A stretch of DNA of 64,000 bases from positions 6,282 through 70,281 of the forward strand of contig CBFFRP010000207.1 in the NCBI GenBank assembly GCA_965644295.1, read 5' to 3'. Source of the stretch: Paraphysomonas bandaiensis (lineage: Eukaryota > Protista > Chrysophyceae). A program made the position numbers and the translations under genes. The notes under the pieces were generated by a model. That model was not told where the DNA came from and ran no database searches. It worked only from the letters and a program-made list of their open reading frames with translations. Positions 26,330 to 39,299 of this stretch are shown piece by piece. Position 1 is the stretch's first letter, and each line of letters starts with the position of its first letter.

Positions 26330-27070
26330 AAACATATTGTAGCTTGGTGTATAACAGCGTACCCTGAAGCTCTGATGATGAAAATTTGAAGATTCCATTC
26401 CCGAAAGACATCTCTCTTGAGTACTTCGGCCATCTGTTCACACCGGCTCACGAAGGAGCGAAAGAGGGAATCTAAGGGCCCCAGATGACATTCCAGAAAG
26501 TGAACCTGACCCCCCTAGTAGATCCCACATTAAGGGATATAGAAGCCCTATTGTCTACTTATATACCTTAAGAAATATGAAGCTGGTCGTGGATGTAGTC
26601 TTAGACTTAGAACTAAGCCAGGCGATAGATGGCTATGAGAAAGACATCAATGAACTGACGAAGAAAGCACTCATGAAACCAGAAGAGGGTAAAAGTCCGT
26701 TAAAAATGAATGGCTATAAAATTTTAGCGACGAATATGATGTTGATGGTTCCCTGTGCTATTGCAGGCAGTTAGTCCTATATCTTGTTCATGTAGGCATA
26801 TTTTGTACTGATGCGGAATATAATGAGTAGATCTGATTCAGTAGCTTGATTGATGTTTGAATATTTTGACTGGAGAGGTGATGCAACGCTTGTTCAAGAG
26901 CAAGGAGACACAAACTGGACAAAAAAGACTAGTAATGAAACATTCTCTAGTGCGCTGAATATAATTGTGAATCATATCGTAAGTGTTCATAAGTTAAAGC
27001 AGATGGATATAGTTTCGTACGGTAGGTTGTACAATGAAATCTGCAAGTTGAAATGTGTATGGAATTGATA
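26330..27070 (+). mobile_element. Degenerate Crypton-like tyrosine recombinase transposon fragment
   Basis: EEGKSPLKMNGYKILA...AYFVLMRNIMSRSDSVA*LMFEYFDWRGDATLV resembles the Crypton pattern GKxPL..Y..L...F..L.WN.M.R.....W.GDA; in-frame stops present. Confidence 0.65.
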
Positions 27071-27117
27071 AATGACACTTCTTTAAATTTAAGCAGTAGA
27101 AATCAAACTCTTGACAA

Positions 27118-27382
27118 ACAGCTCTATAAGGCTGATAAATATGTATATATGTTGTCAGTAGATATGTTATAACATTATGTGATATACGATATACTTACAT
27201 CTACACCAGCACCTTCATCTTGATGAAGGATTAGTAGACAGCTCTACATTACAGTGTCTGATAAACACTGATAGTAATATATGATATAAGTTGTAAGTAA
27301 GTGGATATGTATGCTATAGCATTATGTAATATACGATATACATCCATCTCTTATCTACGACAGCACCTTCATCTTGATGAAT
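27118..27382. repeat. Diverged tandem duplication, two units of about 120-140 bp
   Basis: CATTATGTxATATACGATATAC...CAGCACCTTCATCTTGATGAA occurs twice, ending at about 27227 and 27381. Confidence 0.75.
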
Positions 27383-28479
27383 GATGTATGTAAACCTCAG
27401 TCATATTTACAGGACACAGCAGATCATTACGAGACAATACAGTATTAGGAGTCATATGGTCGACAGTATCGTCCCTATACCACATACATACACTCTCACC
27501 ACCCCCACAACTCATCCACACTCTCATATTACTCATATGTTATCCTTATAGAGGGAGTCCTCATATGGATGATCACCACCAGCTCCACTAACAACAGCGT
27601 CACAGTCATCTAACGGATACTATGCTTCCACAGCTCCATTAATGCAGATACACCATATAAAATAACATACTCAGAGGCGCATTAGTGGTGAACGCTTCTG
27701 GTTCAGTTGTATGGCTATTCAGGGTGCTCCATGCGGTCTATGCATGTATGTGTGTGTGGGTGTTCTGTATGTATGTGTGTGTATCTGCTGCGGTATTATT
27801 CATATGATCATACGAGTCTCTCTCCTCATGAGGAGCACACACCACTATACACCACTATGACCACACACTGTTGATAGTCCTCACTCGTGTCTGTGAGTAG
27901 AGGCAGCAGCAGAGCCTCTGAATCATGTACTCATATATGCATATATCCACATCACATTCACTTCGAAGTCACCCAGAGATATACACTCTTATACGCACAC
28001 GTATACCTATGTATACCATATACACAGTATACAGAGAATACGTTGATTATATATATATATACGATTGTACGATGTATGAACTGCTGTACTGCATTCACAG
28101 TTGTAGTAAAAAGTTTCATATATGCACTCATTATATGTATGTATGTACAGTACGGATTACACGACTGGTTTTAGATGGTGATAGTGTAAAAACCCATGGT
28201 TTAAGCACTATATTACTTGTGTTTTTTGTACTGTAGGAAGTGTTTGTACGTAGTCCAACAGTGACTGTTGATGTGTTCTAGATGAATATTCATGTACAGA
28301 GCAGTGCATACAGCAGCAGCAGGCAGCAGTGTATCTGAATATCTACTGCGGATATGCATGATGTGTGTGTAGGTCAGGAGATGCACATATACATACATAC
28401 ATACCATAGTTGTAATATTAACCACCCCTCATATCCATCTATCCTCTTACCTGATATACCTCACATCCCAAGTGATCAA

Positions 28480-29825
28480 ATGAACATATCTCCTGGTATG
28501 ATACGATACACAGTCATAGCTACTATGCAGTCCCCTGGTGTTATAGATGAGTACATCGGGTGGCTTAAAGGAGGGCATATCCAAACCATCATAGACGAAG
28601 GAGGTGCCCTACAGGGAGATGTCAGCGTACTGGAAGGCACTGATAATGTGCAAGTTGCTTCGACATATATTTTTCCAGACAAGAAGACGTATGATGCCTA
28701 CTGCAGCGGACTGGCACTGCGACTACGTCCTGAGGGAGTGGCTCTATTCGTTGACACCAATAAGGTGAAGTTCTCACGAATGGTTTCTGAGGTGAATTTT
28801 TCCTATCGCTCAACACCCGAATACGCTATTACAGAAGCGACGCCGTATTTGTACTTTAACGGAAATTGCAGAGAGGCAATGGAGTTCTATAAGGAGTGTT
28901 TGGGGGGTGCACTTGATATTATGGTATCAAATATTTTATATCTAATGTATCACAATAATATGGTTTAAGGTTTATGCAGGCTCCCCTACGGCAGCAGAAC
29001 TGCCCCCTGGTGATCACAACAATGTTATGCATTCTAGTCTAGTTCTCTCTGACAAGGCTCGGTTGATGGCATCAGACTCATGCGGTACTAACAAAGAAGT
29101 TTCGTTTGGTGATAATGTCGCTGTTAGCGTGAATTTTACGAATGATGCTGAGATTACAACTGCTTTTGAAAAGCTCTCGGCTGGAGGCACTGTGACTATT
29201 CCTCTAGCGGATCAGTTTTGGGGAGGAAAATTTGCACAGTTTGTTGACAAATTTGGCGTTTTATGGATGCTTCATCTATCCTTAGACGGAGAGTGTATGA
29301 AGTCTGTCATTGAAATCACTTCATATCTGCGATTTAATGGGGCTTGTCGCGAAGCGACATCTCTGTATAACACTGTTTTGGGGGGTCATTTGGACATCAT
29401 GGTGAGTAGTACTTAGTCCTATGTGTGTGTGCAAATTTTAAAATTTGCAATAGACATTCGAAGGCACTGAAATGGGAGCAGCTCTTCCTAAGGAGGATCA
29501 AAAGCAGATTATGCACTCCCTTTTGCAATGGAATAACAAGAAGTGCAGCTTTATGGCCAGCGATTCGGGCCCAGGCAGTGTGATTTCCTTTGGTGATAAC
29601 GCTAGTGTAAGCCTCTTATTCACCAAGGATGACAAGGCACGGGAGGTTTTCGATCGGTTGAGTGAAGGCGGAGTGGTGTTGGAGCCGCTAAAAAAACAGT
29701 TTTGGGGAGGCCTTTTCGGGCACGTCAAAGACCGATTCGGGCTTTGTTGGATGGTTGTGGGGCCACACGAATGTGGGAACTCTGAAACTGAAGATCCTGA
29801 GGCGAAGAAAGCAAAGTACAACTAA
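28480..29825 (+). CDS. DUF4286-like domain fused to two PhnB-like VOC/glyoxalase domains (3 exons)
   Basis: Two copies of the pattern YLxFNGxCREA..Y..LGG.LDIM / MHS / MASD / FGDN / F.LS.GG.V..PL..QFWGG.F....D.FG..WM. N-terminal YTV..EYIGWLKGGHI...Y...LRPEG. Confidence 0.85.
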
Positions 29826-31199
29826 ATGAAGCATATTTATGAGTCGTCTTGTGGGTTTTAAAAGGAACTATAGGGTCGAAGTTGCACATGCTGTGGTCGT
29901 AATTGTTTTTTTGCATACGAATTGGTGTGTACTTTGGTTGCCTTTACTCTTCCTTCAATATGTAGTCGGCTCTTAATCTTTGAGGGCTTTGTTGATTCTG
30001 AGTGAATCTAATAATGCTATTCTATTGCTTCTGACATACGCGACTCTTGATGAAGCACTAATGGTGCTATATATAATTTGGGTCGAACAATATATAATAT
30101 AATAAATGCATTTGGCATTTGAGTAGCATTAAAACTCGCCTGGAAAATATTTATTATTCTCTATTCTTCTGATGTGATCTATTTAGATATCTAGATATTT
30201 AGTCATATGCTACAGTCAGTGTTAGTAACTAGGTTTTGGCCAGGAAAAAGGAATGCTTGTCATTTCCACTGTATCAACTCAGTTGAAATATTCTTGTACA
30301 TGGGAATGTTACATTATTAAATGCAGAGGTATGTGATGGTGGTAAGAAGCAGGAAGGCGTCTTATGCCAGAAAGATCAAATTTGAACCTAATAACTGACA
30401 GTGTATTGTTTCTTGTCTGTATGTGTTTACACACACAATACGAAGTCTTGTGTGTGTTGTTTGTATTCCAAGCGGGTCTTGACTATTCCCACTGGAAAAG
30501 AAGATGCTTGGCTCTACAGTGAAAAATGAATCGACTACGAATTAAATGGTTTCCTTGCATAGTGGGACAATAAACAGTCCAGGGAACCCTCTACAATACA
30601 TTGAGAGCAACTCGAATGAACATAACCACCTCGATTTTACATAATTTGTATCAGCAGACATCCAATCAACGCCACTGACTTCTGACCGAATATACAGTGC
30701 AATACTATTGTCTGTACACAGCTATCAGTGTCCAGTGCATGTAAGGTCCTCTACCTGCAGCTGTCATTGATGGAGCACCTTATAATAGCTTCGTTACACA
30801 TCGGTAATTACAGAGCGACACATACTTTACACGGAGCGATCTTTACCTATGATATTTCTATGATATTTCGTACTGATCTTACTTTATATCCTTCTTTCGT
30901 AGAAGGATGCCATGCTATGAATATCCAGGATATTGTTGGAGAAATCCTGATGGCTGTTGAGGAGATGATCAAAATCAGTACACATAACAACACCCAGGCC
31001 TGAAAATCCCCGTATATTTGGTGAAACCACAGGTTTTCACACTGTTAATATCTAGATATTATTAATTGTAGTGATTTCAGCCAAGATTTCCGTTCCTTTT
31101 GGAGCGAATATATCATGCATGTATCGTGTGTGTTCGGGCGGAGCGAGATGGAATTTAAGAATAATCCACAGTCTTACCCACTTCTACAGGCAAACGTTA

Positions 31200-32575
31200 A
31201 TGACAAACATTTGGACTTCACTCTTGTTTGCAATACTGCTGTCTGATAGTAGTAATGCCCTATTTTCAGGTTTCTACCGCCCCAATACTACTTATTCCCA
31301 GGGTACTGATCCACTGTATGGTTTCCTGTATAGTGTGTGACGTTTATATGCAGAGACATACGGCGCGTCATGGTTAGCTCCGCGACATATGTTTCTCTCG
31401 TCTAGACGAAATATGCTTACTATAAATGCGTTGGAGGGCGCCACCACATCTGTGCTCAATGCAAGAGCGGTTATGACTCGGGACTACTTTGACTACTTTG
31501 TTGAGCACCTTTCATCGACAGTAAATATTTTAACAAACTATGAATTAGATGCTTTATTGGTTGAAAGATTACAACGAAAGATTCAGCACTATCGTTCACA
31601 CCTGAGAAAATCCCGAAGGAGTCCTGGGCCGTTTCATAACAACACCGTAGCCATCATGCCCTTCAGCACGAATGCATTCCGCCCAAGCGAACCAGAGGCC
31701 ATGCGCATCGCATTCTTCGAACTAACTTACCTGTCAATATATATACACTTCCCCCATATTGCGGTAGCAGTTGAAGATGATAGACATCATCGACTTCTTG
31801 AATCTCTAAATCTGCCTGCAGTATTTCATGTATTTATGTGTCAAAAGACTAATGCAGCGGACTATGACCTGATGAAAAGCATGCTACTACAGACACATGA
31901 TAAACTCTCAAGTGCTGATGTTGTGTGGTCCAAGTTTAAGTATGTGTTTTTCACAGAGTCTGATCAAGTCACCCACTTGCGGGTGCCGTGGGAATTGGCA
32001 AGGCTTTTGGAGCGGTCTGAGGAAAGCTTTATGATAACACCTCATCGCATGAATGTAAGAACCACACAAGTACTCATTTACAGTTGCATTTATTCCATAC
32101 CTGTGTTGCAGCTAACATGATATGTAGACAATGGTTCTGCCTAAAGATATGCCGAATAACCTTCAAGAGCATTCTGGTGAACCATGGAGGATAAATATGT
32201 AAGTTTTTGCTGCTTTTTATAATTGCATTAACATAGCTGCGGACTACTTGCAGCCTCAAGGATGTCAATTTAATGCACGAAAGTGTTGTTACTCCTCGAG
32301 GTTCCTGTTGCGATGATGGGAGGTATATATTCACCAAGCAATGTGGAAACTTCTGGTATTTCTGTGAAGATTGGGGAATGAAGACCTTAGATAAGAATTG
32401 GGTAAAGTTCGGAGCACACGGTTTCACGATGCCCCTCGTAACTGAACATCAGGGAAAGTGTAAGTATTATCCCAATAGAATTCAATGCTTGTTACCAGAC
32501 GATTGTGATAACAGCATTCCCATGAAAAAAGATAGTGTAGTATGTAAAGAGGTTCAGAAGGCCATAGTTGTATAG
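31200..32575 (+). CDS. Hypothetical secreted or type II membrane protein, possibly glycosyltransferase-like (multi-exon)
   Basis: Hydrophobic N-terminus, long exon 31354-32054 with TVAIMPF and KYVFFTESDQV, Cys-rich C-terminal exon. Confidence 0.65.
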
Positions 32576-33641
32576 TAATTAATCTATTTCATGCTGTTAT
32601 TGCTCCATAAGAGGAAATATCTATGACCTAATACCCACTCCATTCTGAAAGAACGACGTGGGAAGCCCCTTTCTACCCTCCAACCCCCAAGGGGCTCTCC
32701 CCTTGATAACTTTACTTAATACTTTATTTTATTTATATTTTTATAAATTATTTACATTCTAATATTAAAGTTAAAAATTAATATTGGTTCTATGACTATT
32801 GGGCTCTATGACTTTTACGAACCTAAGGAAATGTATCTATAGCTACTGGTTTGTAAGTTGAAAAGATAACCGTCAGGTGCCTACTGTGTGGGTGGGGCAA
32901 CATAATAGTAATAATAATAAAGTATACACATAAAATAATAATGTAATTTTAAGTTGACTCAGGAAGAGGGTAACTTGATACTAAATATATTTCATCATAG
33001 AGATTGCAAAGTAGAAAACACATAAGGATATAGTAAGAAACGGATTCAGGACGGATCTTCATCTCAAGAAACATTTCTTTCAAGGTTAACATGAATAGAA
33101 ACATCAACTCTTTATACGTCATTAGAGTCTGCAGTAGGAGTACCATTGCAAAACGTCTTCCAGATAGACATGTCTCTACAACTGCAGATTAATGACGTAT
33201 GAAAGAGTCGCAACTCAACAGTAACATTCTCAATCCTTCCCATGTACGAAGAGTGCACGTTATTTCGCAATCGTTCCAACCCGCCCAACTTCTCTTCGGG
33301 CATCTGATGCATATTCGTACACAGCAGTATGTATTAGCTAACAAAAGTCCCCAATTTCATGTGTTTATGCACTTTTGTTGCTGTAGATATTATTAAAAAC
33401 CCGCAAAATCTTGAAAATTCACCGATTTTAGTGTACTAAATGTGCATTGTGTCCTTCTCGACTTCCTGATAAGAAGTGCAGAAGTGTGATTTATCAATCC
33501 AGCGAATCACTTGACTCCAAAGTGAAGTTAACTTGTGCATTGCTCACTTCATCTCTTCAAATATCAAACCATAAATGAACCTCATATTTTCATACCTTAA
33601 TCAAGCTGTACACATCACTGGACTGATCTATCGGGATCCTC

Positions 33642-36600
33642 ATGGAGTCCGTGGATTCGTTTCTCAAACAGTTGGAGAGTATAATGCGTGGCAAGCGGAT
33701 CGACGAGAGTGCGTTGCTTCATCAGGCGAATGATTTTTATTGTAAATCAAGAGAAGAGTTTCAGAGGTCTGATTCAGGTAACACGTATGCCTCATTAGAC
33801 TGAAAGGCATCTGAATGTGTGTGATAGAGTCACTGGAGGAGGATAAAGAGGGACGACAGAAAATAATTGATGCCGCCGTGGCGCTTTATAACAAAGCTAA
33901 GGCTGTTGTTGTGCAGCCTAATACCACACTTTCGGAGTGTGTGGCGTATCTTAAGGCTTCAGCCGCCTGGATGTTATCCACCTATGGACATTCTAGCACC
34001 AAGTTTGTTGTAATGCATGTGCGGCTACACTGTAGAGCTGCTAGTGATATGCTGCAAGTAGGACAACGGGAAAATGCTAGTGATAATCTCACACACGCCT
34101 GTGAGTGCTGGTCTAAATTGAATGCACAAGCGCTTGAGAGAATACTTTCTCCTATGGATCTAGAGGGCTTGCGATACGTGGCTTTTAATGGGTTGATGGA
34201 TTACTGTATGCTTTTGAGGGAGGGCATAGGCAGAGGTACTGACAAGGATCGAGAGGAAAAACTTGGAAAATGTGTAGGGTTGGTTTTGGACTTACTTCCT
34301 TACCTCCCGTCTGAGTGTCAGCGATTCTGTCGACTTTTACTGGACATTGGACAGGAACAGATACTGGCTGGATCATATGAGGCAGGTTTGCATTACCTTC
34401 GCACGACCGTGAGTACACTGCGCCAGCATCAGATCACACCTGGAAATGACAGAACAGAAAGAGGGGATAACAATAATTTGTTGCTTGTGAAAGCCCTCCT
34501 GGCCATGGCATACGCGTTCCAGGAATTAGGACAGTATGAAAAAGCACTGGAAAGTGTGAATGCTTCGGAGGAGGTACCTTTTCCAGACAATTCTAGCCAG
34601 TCTGTATCCTCAGAAACATTTGCATTTGCCAAGTTATCCATTCACTGTCGACAAGGGGATGCGGGGTCTGCGAGTGCGCAGTTGCGGCGGCTTATACAGG
34701 AGGCAGGGTCCTTTGATATGGCCTTGAACGCGGTAGTTTTACTCATACAGGGTGCTGCAGGAATGAATACCTCTGAAGACCAGTGGCTGCAGAATTTAGA
34801 GTATTTTCAGCTACTAGGTGAAAAGTTCCAGCGGTGAGATGATGTGCAGGCTGTTTTTTGAAGATGCTGTATTTTTTAGTACTATTTATTTGTTAATATT
34901 GTTGTGTTTATGCGAAGAGATCCAGAGTTCACTACATCGCGCATTGCACATCTCCAGTATTCCCTCTTGGGCGCTCGCCCCTCAGATAGCCAAGAAGACA
35001 ACTCGGGTAGAACTATGATGTAGTAAAAAGTGACTTGTTTTTTATGTAACACATGTTGCGCTATTTGCATTTGTACATTCTCATTCACGTTGTATTATGT
35101 ACACGTAGTGATATATAAATAAGTTTGAATGCACAGGTATCTGCTTGTTCTCCAAATGTATATGGATGTACTTTGACTTTCAAATGTTTCATAGGCATAC
35201 TCACCCAGCGGGCTATGAGTATTAGTAAAGCCATTATTCTTGACCATCAGCAACGAGTACATCCCTTGACCGAAGGAGATTCTCTTAGGTTTTTGCAGCT
35301 CTTGCAGGAAAGAGTGAAGCTCAAGCGCTTCAGATCAGAATGGGATGAAGTTATTCAATGGTGTGACATGCTGCTTTCGTTTTTACCTGCCTCTGACGTC
35401 AACAATAAGGTGTGGTTGTTTAATGAACATAACTCAATGGTTTATAAGTATTGCACTGCGTGTGAAGGATATCTCGATTCATGCATGTACCCTGTTTGGC
35501 ATGACGAATGTAATGTTCAGGTTGTAGTCATGATGTGGAAAGCTGGGGCCTGTACACATGTGTCTGGTCGAGAGGAAGAGGCTCTGGCTTTGTCTGTAGC
35601 TTGCGCAGAGATGACCCCCTGCACCCGCACCATGCTTCTTGTACTTCACGCAGCACTCTGTGTTCGACCTCCCCAACAGGCTGTCCACATATTCCTTGAA
35701 TTTCATAGAGGGAAGGGTAATGTTGACACCAGTCTCCCGGAAGATGGCAATAAATTGTATGTACAGAGCGATGGTGAAATCCCCAGCAGTACTAGTGATT
35801 TGTCGCGTTTACTCATGGCTTGCAAAGTAGTGCGAGAGTGTGAAGCCACGAAAGGAATTTGTGTTGAGGTGGGGAATGGATGGAGTTCAAAATGTGATGT
35901 GGTCATAAGTCAACTACTTGCGGAGTGGGTCGTCGGCTATAAAGTAGGGGAGCACTGGAGACATACACTCCTTGGTCCTAATCCCACAGGGAATGCAAAT
36001 GGTGGAGGCAATGTAGGATTGGATTTATGTGTACATGGGATGACACAAAACGTTGCTGTTCCTGCAATTCTGTCGGAGGACTTTTTGTCTTCTGCCCCCT
36101 CTCACAGCGATGAAGGTACAACTACTACGCTATTAAGTGTGTTAAGTGAACTCTGCCAACTGTTCCTGTGCATGCATCTGAATATCGTCAGGGATGGTGA
36201 GGAAAGACCTTCCATATCGTACTCTCAAAGTCAACACAATGTAGCAAGCAATAACGCGACAGTCAATAAGTCAGCTGAGGTGACCAGTGACGAACTGCTT
36301 GATGGAGTAAAAAATAGTGTTGAATCGGAAGTGGCCCAGAATAACACTGAAATAGCATCTACAGAAGATTTAAATGGCGCACAGGAGGAATTTGCAATTG
36401 ATGCTGAGGGAACGTCTAATTCTGTGGGAAATAGAAACTCCATTAGCCTTATATTTAGAGAGAATGATGTGGGAAATGAAACTGCCGATGAGACGTATGT
36501 TCTTTACGGTAGTCTACATCAGATACGTTCTGGCCTGTTAGTTCATATACAGTCCTTTTTGGAGATTCACGATGTCGTTGATTCATCAGGTGCTGTGAAT

Positions 36601-38034
36601 CTCTGTGTATTAGGCGGAGTAGCGGATATATACTGGCTTGGTGACTTGGCGTGGAATGTAGGGGTGTTGCTTATGCACAAGGATCGGTGTGGACTATGTG
36701 ACCCCAGTGGCGAAAGCTGTGAAGGACAATCTGAGGCGGACAGGTATGCGCTTGGAGCGGAGTTTTTTGAGGCAGCAAGTAGGTTATACAGAACTACAAG
36801 TTCTTATCCAAGAACAGAAGAAGTTGACTGTAAGCGCAACAGTTTCGATTCGGTGTCTCTTCGAAATCAAGTGACTTGTCTGTTGGTAGCATCGGCACTG
36901 CGGTTGGACATTGATGAATTGATATTTGAAAAATCTGAGTGCAACAAGCAAACTTCAGTCGAAACGATTCTAATAAGTAATGACCAAACGGTAAAAATGC
37001 GAGACACAGCATTCGAGATTGATAAAAATATAGCAACTGCAGAAAAGAACATTCAACTGGCATCCGATCTTCTCCGACGACTTCTGGGATATGGAGACTC
37101 CGAACAACGTCTGCGTAAAATATTTCTCATGCTTTCATTAGCGGTCAAGTGCCGCACGAGTGCTGTGGACACCGAAAACTATATCTCACAGCACCAGGAC
37201 GAGTTACTGTCTTTCTCTGCGCAGGAATTAGTTCGTTGTGCAGATATAGTCCTCACTGAGAGAGGTGGTACTCAAGAAGGAGGTCGACGAATTCTACTGT
37301 ATGCTATACAAGTCCTCACTCGCGCTACGGCACCAGACTACCCCCTCATTGGCACGTTGTACAGAAGGCTCATTATTCTCAGCCCCAGCCGGACGAAGGT
37401 AACGCATATATATTTTCGATGTAGTGTTGATGTCGAGTGAAAATTTTACTTTAATATTTAGAGTGCATGCAATGCAGTATGGCTTTTTTGAAACTAAAGA
37501 TTACTGTGTATATGTGGGCTATTGTACTGAGGCCACATAACTTCTCTCAATTTAGGCGATGGAGTGGATTGAGGAGTTCGAACAGTTAATAAAAAGTTTT
37601 GCTAGCACAGACGCCAATAATTCAACTGTCAACGAGGCGTCGCCTTTTCATAATTCCGATATAGACACTATCTGCACTACTTGTTACAACTGGAGTGTCA
37701 CCTTGGTGGAACTTGGACAGCATGATCTAGCAGAAAAGTTTGCTTGCAAGTCCCTGGGGCTCACGAAATATGCATCACCGCATATTGCTAAGCTCAAAGA
37801 AACAATTCAGGTGATGAGGTTCACATTCTCTGTTAGTTTTGTGGTAGTTTAAACACCATTACTTGTTTACAGGATGCCTACTTGTACATATTGAAGCTCA
37901 AGGCGGACCGCAGAGGTAATGACACCGTCAATAGGGTGACCTGCTTTGGTGTGAATGATTCAACACTAGTATCCGTGGATGACGCGAATGCTACTGTTCC
38001 AATGGATATAACACACTTGCAAGAGCCAATGTAG
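33642..38034 (+). CDS. Large TPR/helical-repeat protein, probable meiotic ZIP4/SPO22/TEX11 homologue
   Basis: TPR-like helices (ALLAMAYAFQELGQYEKALESV), WLGDLAWNVG, LYRRLIIL and C-terminal CYNWSVTLVELGQHDLAEKFACKSLGL resemble the ZIP4/TEX11 pattern. The gene itself is certain; its identity is inferred. Confidence 0.6.
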
Positions 38035-38357
38035 ACTGTGTTAATGAGGTCGCCTCTATAAATATTATATGGTTGATTTGGAGTCATATAGGTGAAATAA
38101 ATTCGGGAATGCATTTGCCTGCTTTATCGAAACGTGATTATTTTTTGTCTGCTTTGAGTTTTCAAGATTGGTATAAATATATGTATTTATTAATCGTTGA
38201 ATTGTGCTTTAAGAGTATGGATTGGACTAATTTTATTTAAATCGGATGTATGCGTATCTCTTATCTGTTGATTATAAGATACCGGTGTATCAACCATTGA
38301 AACTCTTTCCATTAGCATAAATACGACGAAAATAATCTCAGCTCCCGTATTTTACAT

Positions 38358-38987
38358 CGACTCTCACCTAGACCGCGTCAGCGACGTACGAAGCAAAGCA
38401 TGGTAGAGTTCACAGGTTTTTCCCAGATCGCGTCAAACTTGTGGCAACACACGATTTAAATGGAGTAACACCCAGCGCGAGTTCTACGCGAGACCTAACG
38501 CACCCCTCCGGTTGCCTTCCACTTCCACTACCCCCGCCTCTGCGGAGACGCCACAATGCCAACTCCGTCAGCTACTCCTCTGCCCTAGACCCAACTTGCA
38601 GCTGGAGCCATTCAAAGACACGCTGGAGCCCCAATATAACCCCTCGCCCATGTATCTCAGGCTACGAACACTTGACTCACTGATACAGAATCCTCCTCCA
38701 CAAAGTCCTGCGGAGCTCTACCCCTAGGGACACCCCCCTGACTAATCCCTTCTGTACCTCAAGAACTCACGTTCATAGAGAGCTTCTCTCCACATACAAG
38801 AACGGAAGTGGTTGCACCTTGGTGCTTGCGGCGACGCACAAGCAGCTTCTGTAGCGTTACATAGTAGGATATGAGAATTTGTGCTAGTTAGTGACAGGTA
38901 GAAGTTAATCTATAGCTTGACTAGTCTTCATCTAACTACTTATCTGGTGTTAGTCCTTGTCGCCTACTCTAATAATAGGACTTTTAA
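38358..38987 (+). mobile_element. 5'-truncated retroposon-like insertion flanked by 45-bp direct repeats
   Basis: Flanks 38313-38357 and 38988-39032 match at 40 of 45 nt. The interior ends in ERKWLHLGACGDAQAASVALHSRI*, shared with copies at about 7.0 kb and 44.2 kb. Confidence 0.7.
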
Positions 38988-39299
38988 TAGCATGAATACG
39001 ACGAAAATAACAACAGCTCCCATATTTTACATTCATCATTTCTTTTTAGTCATGTCGTAAATAGAGTTGATGCTGTAGCCTTCTTTGAAATTCTTCTCAT
39101 TGAAAAATGAAATTTTCATCTTTAGTGGTTGACGATGTTTAGTGTGTTTTCAGAGTATTCAGTATTCAATAAAGTCTACAAACTCACAATAGAATTAGCA
39201 ATCAGAAAAATATTATACATTCATTTACTTAAAAACCTAGTGCTATCTTTCCATGAATGTTGGGAATAGACTACTAATAAGTATATTTTTCTAGCTAAA

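Noticed and set aside
32640-33440. Possible DNA transposon remnant
   Set aside because: Only short broken ORFs, with no identifiable motif or paired termini.
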